Positions 48,604 through 58,015 of a stretch of 64,000 nt of DNA are shown here, in pieces; position 1 is the stretch's first letter, and every line of letters starts with the position of its first letter. The DNA comes from a virus (lineage: Duplodnaviria > Caudoviricetes). The notes under the pieces are model-generated. The model worked only from the letters and a program-made list of their open reading frames with translations. It did not search any database and had not been told where the DNA came from. The DNA lies in the IMG/VR virus record IMGVR_UViG_2030936005_000025, positions 160,001 to 224,000 of that record; one strand, written 5' to 3'. The position numbers and the translations under genes are program-made.

Positions 48604-49264
48604 CGCAGATATTATAAGCTACCGCTTCGGCTGCATCGATAATGGACTGATCAACCGGTATTTGTTGATAGAGTCTTTGAACATCCAATACGATAACTTT
48701 CAGATTACCGTCATGCCAGCCCCAGGATTTTACACCATGGGTCTTCTCGAGTACTGCTGAAACTTCAACAGAGCAACGATCGTTACTAACTTTAGTTTGA
48801 ACAACCCATTTGGGTTTATCCGCGACCACTTTGTTATGACACGGATTATATTTAGAATCAATAATACGGCCACTTGCATTTTTGATAATCAGTGAGAAAT
48901 GATCTGTTTTCTCAGTAAGGATATCGAACACTTCTTTTCTGTAGACCTTATCCTGTAAGTAAACCTTGATCATATCCGAATAGGTCAACTCAACATTGTT
49001 TAAATTGCCTGACTTAATAACCGCATCGCTAATACCCGTCAGCGCTTTAGCTGTGGTTATAATTTGATCTTTAGGGAAATAACCATACCTTATGCTAAAC
49101 AGTTCATCTAACTCTTGGAACCAACAGAGAAAGATAGCACCCATGATATCATCGCTTTGATATTCATTATCAGCAATGAATGCCTCTAATCGGGAAACTT
49201 GTTCAGCATCTGCATGATAACGACCATCAGTAATAATAGCCATGTGTTTTAAAAGATTTGACAT
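48581..49264 (-). CDS. hypothetical protein
   Basis: First ORF after the promoter at 49306. Confidence 0.75.
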   Translation of the reverse strand: MSNLLKHMAIITDGRYHADAEQVSRLEAFIADNEYQSDDIMGAIFLCWFQELDELFSIRYGYFPKDQIITTAKALTGISDAVIKSGNLNNVELTYSDMIKVYLQDKVYRKEVFDILTEKTDHFSLIIKNASGRIIDSKYNPCHNKVVADKPKWVVQTKVSNDRCSVEVSAVLEKTHGVKSWGWHDGNLKVIVLDVQRLYQQIPVDQSIIDAAEAVAYNICVEKNSAN

Positions 49265-49305
49265 GATGAACCTCTTGATTAAATTAGTTTAAGTTATACA
49301 TGTAG

Positions 49306-49322
49306 ATGATATAGGTCTGATT
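49306..49322 (-). promoter_or_regulatory. early-type promoter
   Basis: Minus strand AATCAGACCTATATCAT. Confidence 0.6.
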
Positions 49323-49403
49323 TACAATGCAACTAAACTATCCTTTGTAACGCGCTGTAATGCGCTCTAAGCATATGTTTGCACCAACGAAGGTGATTGC
49401 CCT

Positions 49404-51725
49404 ATGAGTCAGTTAGAAAGAGCCAAACAGGTTCTGGAGCATCTTGGGTTGAAGTACTCAAGCCTTCCTGAATACTTGATGGATGACAAGAATAAACGTA
49501 CCAAGTTAGAAGACGAAGACGATCGTGTTCTGGCTCACTTTCAAGAAGACACACTCTGGACATTAAAAACTGTCCGGTTCTTGAAAGACTTCCAACGTTA
49601 TAATGCCGGTGTTCATATTAACACCTCGAACAAATCGTTCAAACGTACGGCTGAGTTATTTAAGTCAATGGGGGTGAAGAACTACTTCTTCATGCTTCAA
49701 CTTAATAACCCCATGCTTCAAGACATTGATCCCTGGGATCCAAACCTGGATGACGTCACTAAAGCAATGATCCATGCTGAGTGTAATGAAAACATTTGGT
49801 ACATCATCCGTGAAGTGGTGATGATCGGTGGTCGCCGCTTCAGAGGGAACCGTGCGGTTGTCTCCTTTATCTGGGCATGCTTGTGTCATATCCCGACAAC
49901 GATACTGATGCCTCGTCAGTCAGGTAAAACAGTTGGGATGCAGGTACTGGCCTTTATCATGCAGTACTTCGTGGGACGTGGTTACCGTACCGGGTTAATT
50001 ACCCTGGCTGCTTCTAACCGAATGCAGTTCATTGAAGCCATTAAGAAGATACGAGCCGGTCTGCCCGATTACCTTATTAATGTCACTTATAAAGATAAGG
50101 ATGCTGGTAACGTACTTTCTTATGAAGCGTTCGGCGTAGAGTATAAGAACACCTTTGAGGTTCGTGTTCCTTCCGGTGGTCGTGACGGCGCAGAGAACGT
50201 CTCTCGTGGTGCTACACTTGAAGCACTCTTGTATGACGAACCGGCATGGACCAAGTTCATTGAAGAGATCATTAACGGTTCGGGTCCTGCGACCCTGACT
50301 GCTCAGAAAGAAGCACGTGAGAAAGGCATCCCTTACTTCACGGCCAAAGCAACTACACCAAACTCGATTCTGAAAGAAGAAGGTGCTTACATGCACAAAG
50401 ACTTCATGGAATCAACCGAGTGGCGTGAAGCGTTCTTTGACAGCTTCTCTGAATCTCATCTGGTACACCGTTTAATTAAAGCAGCACCGGTTAATACCAC
50501 TTCTCCAAAAATCGGCATGATGTTTACACACCTGCAGTTAGGTCTGGGACATGGTTGGGTTAAAGAGACAATGGATAAACTGGGTCTGTCTTGGTCTAAG
50601 GCTAAGATTGACTTGCTGATGATGTGGACGGAAGAAGGTGAGAGTAAACTCTTTGATGACTTCACTCGTGAAAAGCTTGCAGAAAGTAAGCAAGATCCAG
50701 AGTGGAATGAAGAAGTGCTTGATACCGGACTGTTTATTGACTGGTTCGTAAGCAAAGAAGGACTGGATGCGTACAGTGAAGATCCTGATGAATTCATTCT
50801 GTTCGGTATGGATACCTCAGATGCAAACAACCGAGATGCGATGACACTGGTTGCACGTCGAATGAAATCAGGTGAGAACCTGGGAGTTGGTCGCTACCCA
50901 TTGGCGTTTGCCGATGACGTAACAGAGGTCTTAAAAGAACTCTTAATTCGTATTCCCAATAGTCTCCTGATCATTGAACGTAACCGTGCAGCTCACATGA
51001 TCGAGCGTCTGCTTCTGACTTTACCTGCCTACGGGATTGATCCATTCAAACGTATCTTTAACGATATTATTCAGGATCCAATCAAGTACAAAAGTGAATA
51101 CCGTGATGTGATGGAGATTCACTTTAAACATCGCAGTAAAGAGTTCTATCTGAAATACAAACGTCACTTTGGTTTCTATACCGGACCACAAACTCGTCGT
51201 GAGATGTACGGCTTTATTCATGAGGCTGTTTCATTAACAGGAGCAGGTATTCGTTACAAACTCCTGGTTGATGAGTTGATTGGTTTGGAAGTAAACTCTG
51301 ACGGTCGTATTGACCACGGTAACAAGACTCACGATGACTTGGTGGTTGCGTGGCTGTTGACTTACTGGTTTATCAAACTTGGTTATAATAAGTCGTTCTA
51401 CGGCATTCCTCAGGGAATGACCATGACACAGATCATAACCTTGAAAGATAATGGTGACACACCACAGTACACCCGCCAACAGTTGGAGTTCTTCATTAAG
51501 GTCAAGGCACGTATCAACGACCTGACCAAAGAACTCATGACGGCTACTAATAACATGATCGCTGAACGTATTGAGATGGAAGTCCGTAAGCTCTCGGAAT
51601 TGATTCCTAAAGAGATGAAGAAAACTATTACAATCGACAGCATCATTGAGGAAGCGAAGACAGAGCGTTCTAAACGTATCGTGGCTAAGCGTTCTCGATT
51701 TAGTAGCACTATGCGTCGTTACTAA
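49404..51725 (+). CDS. terL: terminase large subunit (phiKZ gp25-like)
   Basis: Walker A PRQSGKT, Walker B LLYDE, nuclease motifs GMDTS and HDDLVVA. Confidence 0.92.
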   Translation: MSQLERAKQVLEHLGLKYSSLPEYLMDDKNKRTKLEDEDDRVLAHFQEDTLWTLKTVRFLKDFQRYNAGVHINTSNKSFKRTAELFKSMGVKNYFFMLQLNNPMLQDIDPWDPNLDDVTKAMIHAECNENIWYIIREVVMIGGRRFRGNRAVVSFIWACLCHIPTTILMPRQSGKTVGMQVLAFIMQYFVGRGYRTGLITLAASNRMQFIEAIKKIRAGLPDYLINVTYKDKDAGNVLSYEAFGVEYKNTFEVRVPSGGRDGAENVSRGATLEALLYDEPAWTKFIEEIINGSGPATLTAQKEAREKGIPYFTAKATTPNSILKEEGAYMHKDFMESTEWREAFFDSFSESHLVHRLIKAAPVNTTSPKIGMMFTHLQLGLGHGWVKETMDKLGLSWSKAKIDLLMMWTEEGESKLFDDFTREKLAESKQDPEWNEEVLDTGLFIDWFVSKEGLDAYSEDPDEFILFGMDTSDANNRDAMTLVARRMKSGENLGVGRYPLAFADDVTEVLKELLIRIPNSLLIIERNRAAHMIERLLLTLPAYGIDPFKRIFNDIIQDPIKYKSEYRDVMEIHFKHRSKEFYLKYKRHFGFYTGPQTRREMYGFIHEAVSLTGAGIRYKLLVDELIGLEVNSDGRIDHGNKTHDDLVVAWLLTYWFIKLGYNKSFYGIPQGMTMTQIITLKDNGDTPQYTRQQLEFFIKVKARINDLTKELMTATNNMIAERIEMEVRKLSELIPKEMKKTITIDSIIEEAKTERSKRIVAKRSRFSSTMRRY

Positions 51726-51744
51726 AAAAAAATAATGAAGATAA

Positions 51745-51774
51745 TGAACCCCTACTCGTGAGAGTAGGGGTTCA
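51745..51774. terminator. bidirectional terminator
   Basis: gaaccc..ctactc/gagtag..gggttc inverted repeat between convergent genes. Confidence 0.75.
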
Positions 51775-51777
51775 GTC

Positions 51778-52329
51778 TTATGGAATGGTGATCGACATGC
51801 CATTGGTTAGATAGGTGTCTTTTAACACTTTCAAGAGAACCTCAGTCAGCGCATCTTCGTATCCAGAAGAATGCGGCGCAGAGTAAGCCAGTTTATTGTT
51901 TTGATAAATATCAATAAACTTCATGCTGCCGTTCTTAGTTTCTACCGTGGTGACAGTACCATATAAACCACCGGTGAATAACGAAGTAGTGAATCGATGA
52001 TCACGAATAGTATCAAGAATAGAACCCACTTCACTTCTGATAGAGCTTTCGATATATTTACGAGCGCCCTTGATGAGTTTTTCAGTAATGACGTGGATCG
52101 GTTCATGTAAGACTTGATCATGTCCCAGTAACAGTTCTACCCTGCAAATTTCTTCACCCTCAATGGTGATGGAATAAGAGGTGTCCCCCGTAGCTGATAA
52201 ACGAATTGCTTCAACGTTATTCTCTTTCCAGAGATCGATGTAATAAGGAATGTTATCCTTACTAACTGACTTCATGGCTTCTGAAAACTTGGTAGCGATG
52301 GTGTTGAAATTTTGTTTGGTAGCGAGCAT
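51778..52329 (-). CDS. hypothetical protein
   Basis: ORF after the promoter at 52370. Confidence 0.75.
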   Translation of the reverse strand: MLATKQNFNTIATKFSEAMKSVSKDNIPYYIDLWKENNVEAIRLSATGDTSYSITIEGEEICRVELLLGHDQVLHEPIHVITEKLIKGARKYIESSIRSEVGSILDTIRDHRFTTSLFTGGLYGTVTTVETKNGSMKFIDIYQNNKLAYSAPHSSGYEDALTEVLLKVLKDTYLTNGMSITIP

Positions 52330-52369
52330 AACTAAGGTCCTATTAAATTAAGCGTTGGTTAACACTTAG

Positions 52370-52386
52370 ATAATATAGACTTGAAT
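52370..52386 (-). promoter_or_regulatory. early-type promoter
   Basis: Minus strand ATTCAAGTCTATATTAT. Confidence 0.6.
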
Positions 52387-52402
52387 AAAAATAGAAACAT
52401 AA

Positions 52403-52430
52403 CTCTACTCTCCCTTTCGGAAGAGTAGAG
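52403..52430 (-). terminator. intrinsic terminator
   Basis: ctctactct...agagtagag. Confidence 0.7.
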
Positions 52431-52439
52431 ACTATGAAG

Positions 52440-54194
52440 TTATGCAGAAGGTGGAGCACTGATTTGTGTACAGATCGCAGCAGAAACACCCAGCTGCAAT
52501 TCATTACCATCAGCTTCACGCAATACCCAACGAATGTACAGCGTGGTTCCTACACTCAATGCAATACTGGAGATTGGAAGTTGGTTAAATGCAGCAACCG
52601 GAATAGCGCTGCTGTATGTACCGTCTTCACGAACCAGATCGAAGTGAGTAGGTGTCGGTGCAGTGACTTCTGTACGAGGGTCGTACATCGGATCAAATGC
52701 CCAGTAACCTGCTTTAAGGAACTCATCAACGGTTGTAACGTTGGCGAAGCGTGCCGGATTACCGCCACCGGTTTGTGTCCAGAATTCAACCACCATATTC
52801 GGGAAGCCCGGTGAGTTGTAATCATGACGCACATTCCATTTACGTCCTACCGCGGTCGGTGGATTGAACAGTGTGATCGTACTGTACTGAATGAATGCCC
52901 ACGGTTCATAGATAGCAGAGACGTCACGCATGTTCAGGTTGAAGATCATCGGCTGTTCTTGACCGTACAACTGACCCTGGAACACCGGAGACGAATCATT
53001 CAGTGTAACTTTGTCAGTAACGTCACGGCAATACTTACGATCCAAGTCAGTTAACCAGTGTTTCAGTTTCCAACCTGTCTGTGCATCCCAATAAGGATAC
53101 GTGTAAATACGCGGACTGTACGCACCCTGAGCCGGCGTTGCCACAATCTCATAGAGATTAGACATGTGACGCGGCGCACCCGGTTGAGCGATACTGGCTT
53201 GTTCACCTTCACTGAAGAAGTACGTCAACACAACTGCATCAGAGATCTGACCTGGTGTAGTTGGTTTGTACTGGTTAATACCATCAAGACGGAATCCATT
53301 ATCTCCATTGAAGGAGTTAACCGGCATCTCAACAGAACTACCGTCGCTGTAGTGAACCAACGCACGGAACTCAACAGCACTCAGTGGCAAGTTCACCGGA
53401 ATAAACATGGTGTTTGGCTTGGTGCTGTTTGTGAACCACGGAGACAACAGTTCGATAGATTCGATATAACGAACGTCCAACTGATGATCACGCAGATACG
53501 CACAATGTTGAACCACCAACGGATATGTCGGAGGAATTGGACGACCAGCCTGATCGTAGTACACCAGAGTACAGCGAGTACCATTTGGCAGCGCAGCTTC
53601 GTTCTGAGTGACACTGAAGCTGTTACATCCCATCACCACGTTGTTCTGTAAGTTGTCATAGACAACCGGTGAAACACCGATCTGGTTATTCACCAAGTCC
53701 TGACCAGAATACGTCGCTGAGATGATTTCGCCTTTCTCAGAAATGATCGCACCTTTATAGATCATGGCATACGCAGCGTTAGGTGCCACCGCATTCGCAT
53801 CCACACGCGCTACAGCAGGACGAGTAGAGAAGTCGATAGCCAGAGCTAACTCTCCCTGCAAGAAGCCGTATTCGTGTTGTGGGAACAAATCGTAATCAGA
53901 GACATCTTTCTCTGGCAACCAGAAGTAGTTCTCAAACGTACTTTTCCATGTGTTATATTTATCCACATGGGTGACAATCAACATCCGGTTATCAGGAACA
54001 TCTACAACCAACTCACCCTCAAGAGGAATGATGTATTTGGCCATGTCTGATACTGGATGAATGTCGGGATCATAAATCTGGCTGAGATACCAGATTCGTT
54101 TTAAATCACCTTCGTTACGTTCTTGGGGATTGTTCCCAGGAACCACGCCGGTGGTATCGGCGGTTGTAAGCGCCTTCCCATCAAACATACTCAT
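52440..54194 (-). CDS. virion structural protein (phiKZ gp26-like)
   Basis: 584 aa between the terminase and sheath genes; synteny. Confidence 0.7.
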   Translation of the reverse strand: MSMFDGKALTTADTTGVVPGNNPQERNEGDLKRIWYLSQIYDPDIHPVSDMAKYIIPLEGELVVDVPDNRMLIVTHVDKYNTWKSTFENYFWLPEKDVSDYDLFPQHEYGFLQGELALAIDFSTRPAVARVDANAVAPNAAYAMIYKGAIISEKGEIISATYSGQDLVNNQIGVSPVVYDNLQNNVVMGCNSFSVTQNEAALPNGTRCTLVYYDQAGRPIPPTYPLVVQHCAYLRDHQLDVRYIESIELLSPWFTNSTKPNTMFIPVNLPLSAVEFRALVHYSDGSSVEMPVNSFNGDNGFRLDGINQYKPTTPGQISDAVVLTYFFSEGEQASIAQPGAPRHMSNLYEIVATPAQGAYSPRIYTYPYWDAQTGWKLKHWLTDLDRKYCRDVTDKVTLNDSSPVFQGQLYGQEQPMIFNLNMRDVSAIYEPWAFIQYSTITLFNPPTAVGRKWNVRHDYNSPGFPNMVVEFWTQTGGGNPARFANVTTVDEFLKAGYWAFDPMYDPRTEVTAPTPTHFDLVREDGTYSSAIPVAAFNQLPISSIALSVGTTLYIRWVLREADGNELQLGVSAAICTQISAPPSA

Positions 54195-57007
54195 TGTTTC
54201 ACCTCAAAGTGTCCTTCAATTGCGACCTTACCTTTAAGGTAAAGTTCATTAACCATCTTGATAAACGTAAGCTGGTTAGGGGTAACAGTTTGAACAGAGA
54301 GATTGCTGTATGGATGAACTGTAAAGAACTGAAGATCAAACCCAAGGATAATTGGGTCGTACTTCAACATCCATTCATAATCTTTGATGACCTGGTCCAC
54401 TGTCTGTGGTGAATAAGGAACGGTTAATCCGGACGGTGTAGGTTCGGTCAAGAATCCTAAAATCAGGTCGTTCACGATTTTACTCAAGAACGGACTGAAC
54501 AAGGTATACTTGTCTTCTGCCAGATAAATCGGTGAAGTCGGCTTATACGGTTTGTACTTCACATTCTGAGTGAGGTAGTCACCAATTTGTCCATCCAGCT
54601 CAATCGCTTTATCGTAACCCCAATAGTCATCATAAAGATCGACGTACTTGTTAGCAGAGTAAATGTGCTTAACCTCGTAAGGCATGCCATTCAATGCTTT
54701 CATGTTATCGCCGTGATGAATATCCTCAGCCCAATCAACAGAGTCAGTTAAATACAGACGACCGTTGATAATGGTTTTTGTTGGACGATCAATACGCAGG
54801 TTGTAGCGACCGTTATATCCAATCACGCCATCTGCAACAAAGCCCAACTCACTGGTATTCACCAAACCACGTGGAGATAAACCGGTACCGCGATACTGAA
54901 TAAACTGAGAGCCTTCCTTCAACCACATCTTGTTAATAATGTAGACATTGGGGAAATCCATAATGTAATCCACATTCTCAATCAGAGGATGTTGGTTCAT
55001 CCAGATATCAATCTGACCTGGTTCGATAGGAAGCTGAATTCCCCCGATGCTCCACTTGAAGGTAATACCAAAACTCAGTGAGTTATCAAGGTGAGTCAGA
55101 TAGAACTCGTTATAAAGATGAATGTCATTAAAGACAACCATCCCCACCCAGTTAACTGTATCGAACAGCCAATGAATATATCCATTCACTACTTCGTACT
55201 GCGTTGGATCTTCAGTGATGTCAATCCAATCACCAACAGGATATCCGCCCGGTGGTAAATCATTACCACCTTCATCTGTGGTTTCATCAGCACGATAGAC
55301 TTTTAATTCACGCCCTTTTTCACCGTACGGATTTGTTCCATCGGTGGACACTTTGATTTCATTTGCAGTGATGTCACTTGGGTCATAATCAGGGTCGATT
55401 GCCCACTGTGCTTTATATACACGGAAGCCAAAGCCTTTACGCAAACGCACGTCGGTTTTGCTAATAACGTAACTCAACCAAGTTGAAGCCTGACCTAATG
55501 CCCACTCGACATAGAAGCCATCTTTCTCTGGCATGTACCATTGCTGGTTTACTACTGAGACTTTACGAATCAGGAGCCCATTCTTATCGTATTCATAAGC
55601 TGTAGAGCTTTCGACAAAAGTAGGAGGGATTTGGTAACCCAGTCCTGAGGTAAAAGGTGCAGTCTTATGGAAGTTATCAAAGCCTGGATCTTCAGGTGTG
55701 ATGTACGGCATGTACAGTGGAGAGTTAGACAGCGCAATACTGCAACCATGATAACCCAATGCATCGCGTACGGTCTCAGTGGTGAGTTTCTGAACGATGT
55801 CATTCAATACCAGGTTGGTTGGCGCATTCTCTAATGTCGCTGCTTGCCATTCTTTTACGTTGGCAGCCGAACCTGTCATTGCACCCAGAATCTGAGAAGG
55901 GTCTTCTAACAGATACAGGTCATTGATACGACTGGATGTCGGACCGAGCAGGAACTTCCAACGAGTACTGTGATACGCCACAGTAACCTGAATGTCAGAC
56001 ATCTTGGTTTTCTTGGTAGTGTCTTCATCAATGAGACGACCGCCCAGATACTCAATGTAGTCTGCAGCCATGCCGTAATCTTGATGTGTCAACTGACGAA
56101 CAGCATCTTCAGAGTTACGGTTAAAGTAATACGATTCGTTATTTAAGGTGTTGGTCACATAGAAGCGACAGTCCCCAAAGTAACGATATTCACGTGGTAA
56201 GTCATTGAACCCAGGGAAGAGAATAACCTTGCGTTTACTGTCTAATGTCGACAGGTAATCCGGCATCGTCTTATAGTTATAAGACAAGATCATTTCAATT
56301 GAAGGGTCATAAGTAACCTCAACCAAATCGCCAGCACGTAACACCGCTGTTTCAATTGGTTTGATCTTACCGTTGTGGTAGAAAGAGACCATCCCCATGT
56401 CATAAGCTTTCCACGCATTGTAGTTTGTCTTAATGCGTGTCCACTCATCCGCTGTTCCATAAACAGTCCCGATGTAACCGAAGCTGTACTTCAGTGCATT
56501 TTCAGGTGTCATGTTAAGAACATTGATATCCGTTGAATAACAGTGGATATAAAGATTCTTATCAAGCGGCATAGGGTAATTTTTGTTAACAGGAATAGCA
56601 ACCAGCGTCACCCCGTCGAAGGCCGGCATAATCAATGTCCCTTCACGAGGGAACATCGAACCGTCTCCTTTATATACGTCAATTGCGACGGCACGGTTTT
56701 TAGCAAACGCTGCAGCAGTAACCCAGGTATCTACCGGATACCAACTCTTGCCACGATTTCCGAAGTTCCAGAATCCTGTATCAAGTCCACCCATGGTGAA
56801 GACATGATAGAACTGGTAGGTCGTCGGCAGATACCGACGTTTACCCATATAAACGAAATCGTTAACGTAGCCCTGTAAGCCAGACACACGTGCCAGTTTT
56901 ATCTGGTACTGTGAGGGTAATTCAGGATTCCCCCACATATTGTGAACAGCATAGTCTACAAGCGGGTTATTTTCCTGGGTGTAAGTTTCTTGATAAGCAG
57001 TAGACAT
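54191..57007 (-). CDS. virion structural protein (phiKZ gp27-like)
   Basis: 938 aa; synteny. Confidence 0.7.
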   Translation of the reverse strand: MSTAYQETYTQENNPLVDYAVHNMWGNPELPSQYQIKLARVSGLQGYVNDFVYMGKRRYLPTTYQFYHVFTMGGLDTGFWNFGNRGKSWYPVDTWVTAAAFAKNRAVAIDVYKGDGSMFPREGTLIMPAFDGVTLVAIPVNKNYPMPLDKNLYIHCYSTDINVLNMTPENALKYSFGYIGTVYGTADEWTRIKTNYNAWKAYDMGMVSFYHNGKIKPIETAVLRAGDLVEVTYDPSIEMILSYNYKTMPDYLSTLDSKRKVILFPGFNDLPREYRYFGDCRFYVTNTLNNESYYFNRNSEDAVRQLTHQDYGMAADYIEYLGGRLIDEDTTKKTKMSDIQVTVAYHSTRWKFLLGPTSSRINDLYLLEDPSQILGAMTGSAANVKEWQAATLENAPTNLVLNDIVQKLTTETVRDALGYHGCSIALSNSPLYMPYITPEDPGFDNFHKTAPFTSGLGYQIPPTFVESSTAYEYDKNGLLIRKVSVVNQQWYMPEKDGFYVEWALGQASTWLSYVISKTDVRLRKGFGFRVYKAQWAIDPDYDPSDITANEIKVSTDGTNPYGEKGRELKVYRADETTDEGGNDLPPGGYPVGDWIDITEDPTQYEVVNGYIHWLFDTVNWVGMVVFNDIHLYNEFYLTHLDNSLSFGITFKWSIGGIQLPIEPGQIDIWMNQHPLIENVDYIMDFPNVYIINKMWLKEGSQFIQYRGTGLSPRGLVNTSELGFVADGVIGYNGRYNLRIDRPTKTIINGRLYLTDSVDWAEDIHHGDNMKALNGMPYEVKHIYSANKYVDLYDDYWGYDKAIELDGQIGDYLTQNVKYKPYKPTSPIYLAEDKYTLFSPFLSKIVNDLILGFLTEPTPSGLTVPYSPQTVDQVIKDYEWMLKYDPIILGFDLQFFTVHPYSNLSVQTVTPNQLTFIKMVNELYLKGKVAIEGHFEVKQ

Positions 57008-57032
57008 TTGTTACCCCAAGATAAAATAAAGT

Positions 57033-57908
57033 TTATCGACCGGTGTAATAGAAGCCAACCGTTTGAATAAAGTTCGATACTGAACTGTCATTCTTCGGGT
57101 TCAGCTCTTGACCGACCGCGGTGTTCTGATAGATCTTCTCGGTCGCCGCACCATAGCAAATTGCTGTGAACAGAGTTGGCATTTCCAACGCAGCACCCAT
57201 TAACATGCGGAAGCCTGACGTTGCAAAGAAGATAGAAGAACCGGCCGCCACTAAACCACCCAGGTCTAAGCGAGAGAGGCTAAATAATGAAGGCTCGTTT
57301 TTGATTGCGTTCAGCAGATCTGTCAGATTACCCAGGTATCCTAAATCAGCGATGATATTTGAAACATCAGACTGAGGGACACGCAGTGATCGAGAGATGG
57401 CATTCTGACTCACAAAGGTGTAATCCACCGATGGATCTTCGAACAGGCAAACATAGTAGTGTGCCAGAATGATGCGCAGTGTCATCTTCTGGAGAACGTC
57501 CAACGTTACTGTGCGTGCGAGCGCATTACCAAAAGCGTTAGCAAAAGCTTTCAGTGTATAAGGGCGCACTGTCTTAACCAGTGTGAGATTGTTACGCTGT
57601 AAATCTTGCTGCAATATAGAAGCAAGCAACATCACGTTGTATTCCGGTACGTTGATATTGCGACCTGCTGAGTTAAAGTAGGTACGCTGATCAAGTACTG
57701 TCACTGGTTCACGTTTGTAGTTTAAAACTGAGATTGGATAGACAAACTTTGGAAGTCCGAAATCGTTTTTATGATCGACACCATAAACACCGCGATTGTC
57801 AATTTGATCCAGTCGCTGCGTGGTTTGGAGCAGCTTTATTGTTTCGGCTACTTTATCCTTGATTGCGAACTTGCTACCCACGGTAGTCTTGTAACCATCT
57901 AGAATCAT
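57033..57908 (-). CDS. virion structural protein (phiKZ gp28-like)
   Basis: 291 aa, divergent from the sheath gene; synteny. Confidence 0.65.
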   Translation of the reverse strand: MILDGYKTTVGSKFAIKDKVAETIKLLQTTQRLDQIDNRGVYGVDHKNDFGLPKFVYPISVLNYKREPVTVLDQRTYFNSAGRNINVPEYNVMLLASILQQDLQRNNLTLVKTVRPYTLKAFANAFGNALARTVTLDVLQKMTLRIILAHYYVCLFEDPSVDYTFVSQNAISRSLRVPQSDVSNIIADLGYLGNLTDLLNAIKNEPSLFSLSRLDLGGLVAAGSSIFFATSGFRMLMGAALEMPTLFTAICYGAATEKIYQNTAVGQELNPKNDSSVSNFIQTVGFYYTGR

Positions 57909-58015
57909 GTCTCTAGTCCTGAAATAATGTTATGCGTGTTAACGTTAACTGTAATGCCCGAATTTTGGGTCATACGATTGATTTTTTTGATCAAAAAAAT
58001 TAATGAGGTAGAACA

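Noticed and set aside
51234-53651. Several 100-200 aa antisense ORFs over the terminase and gp26-like genes
   Set aside because: Shadow frames caused by codon bias in the real genes
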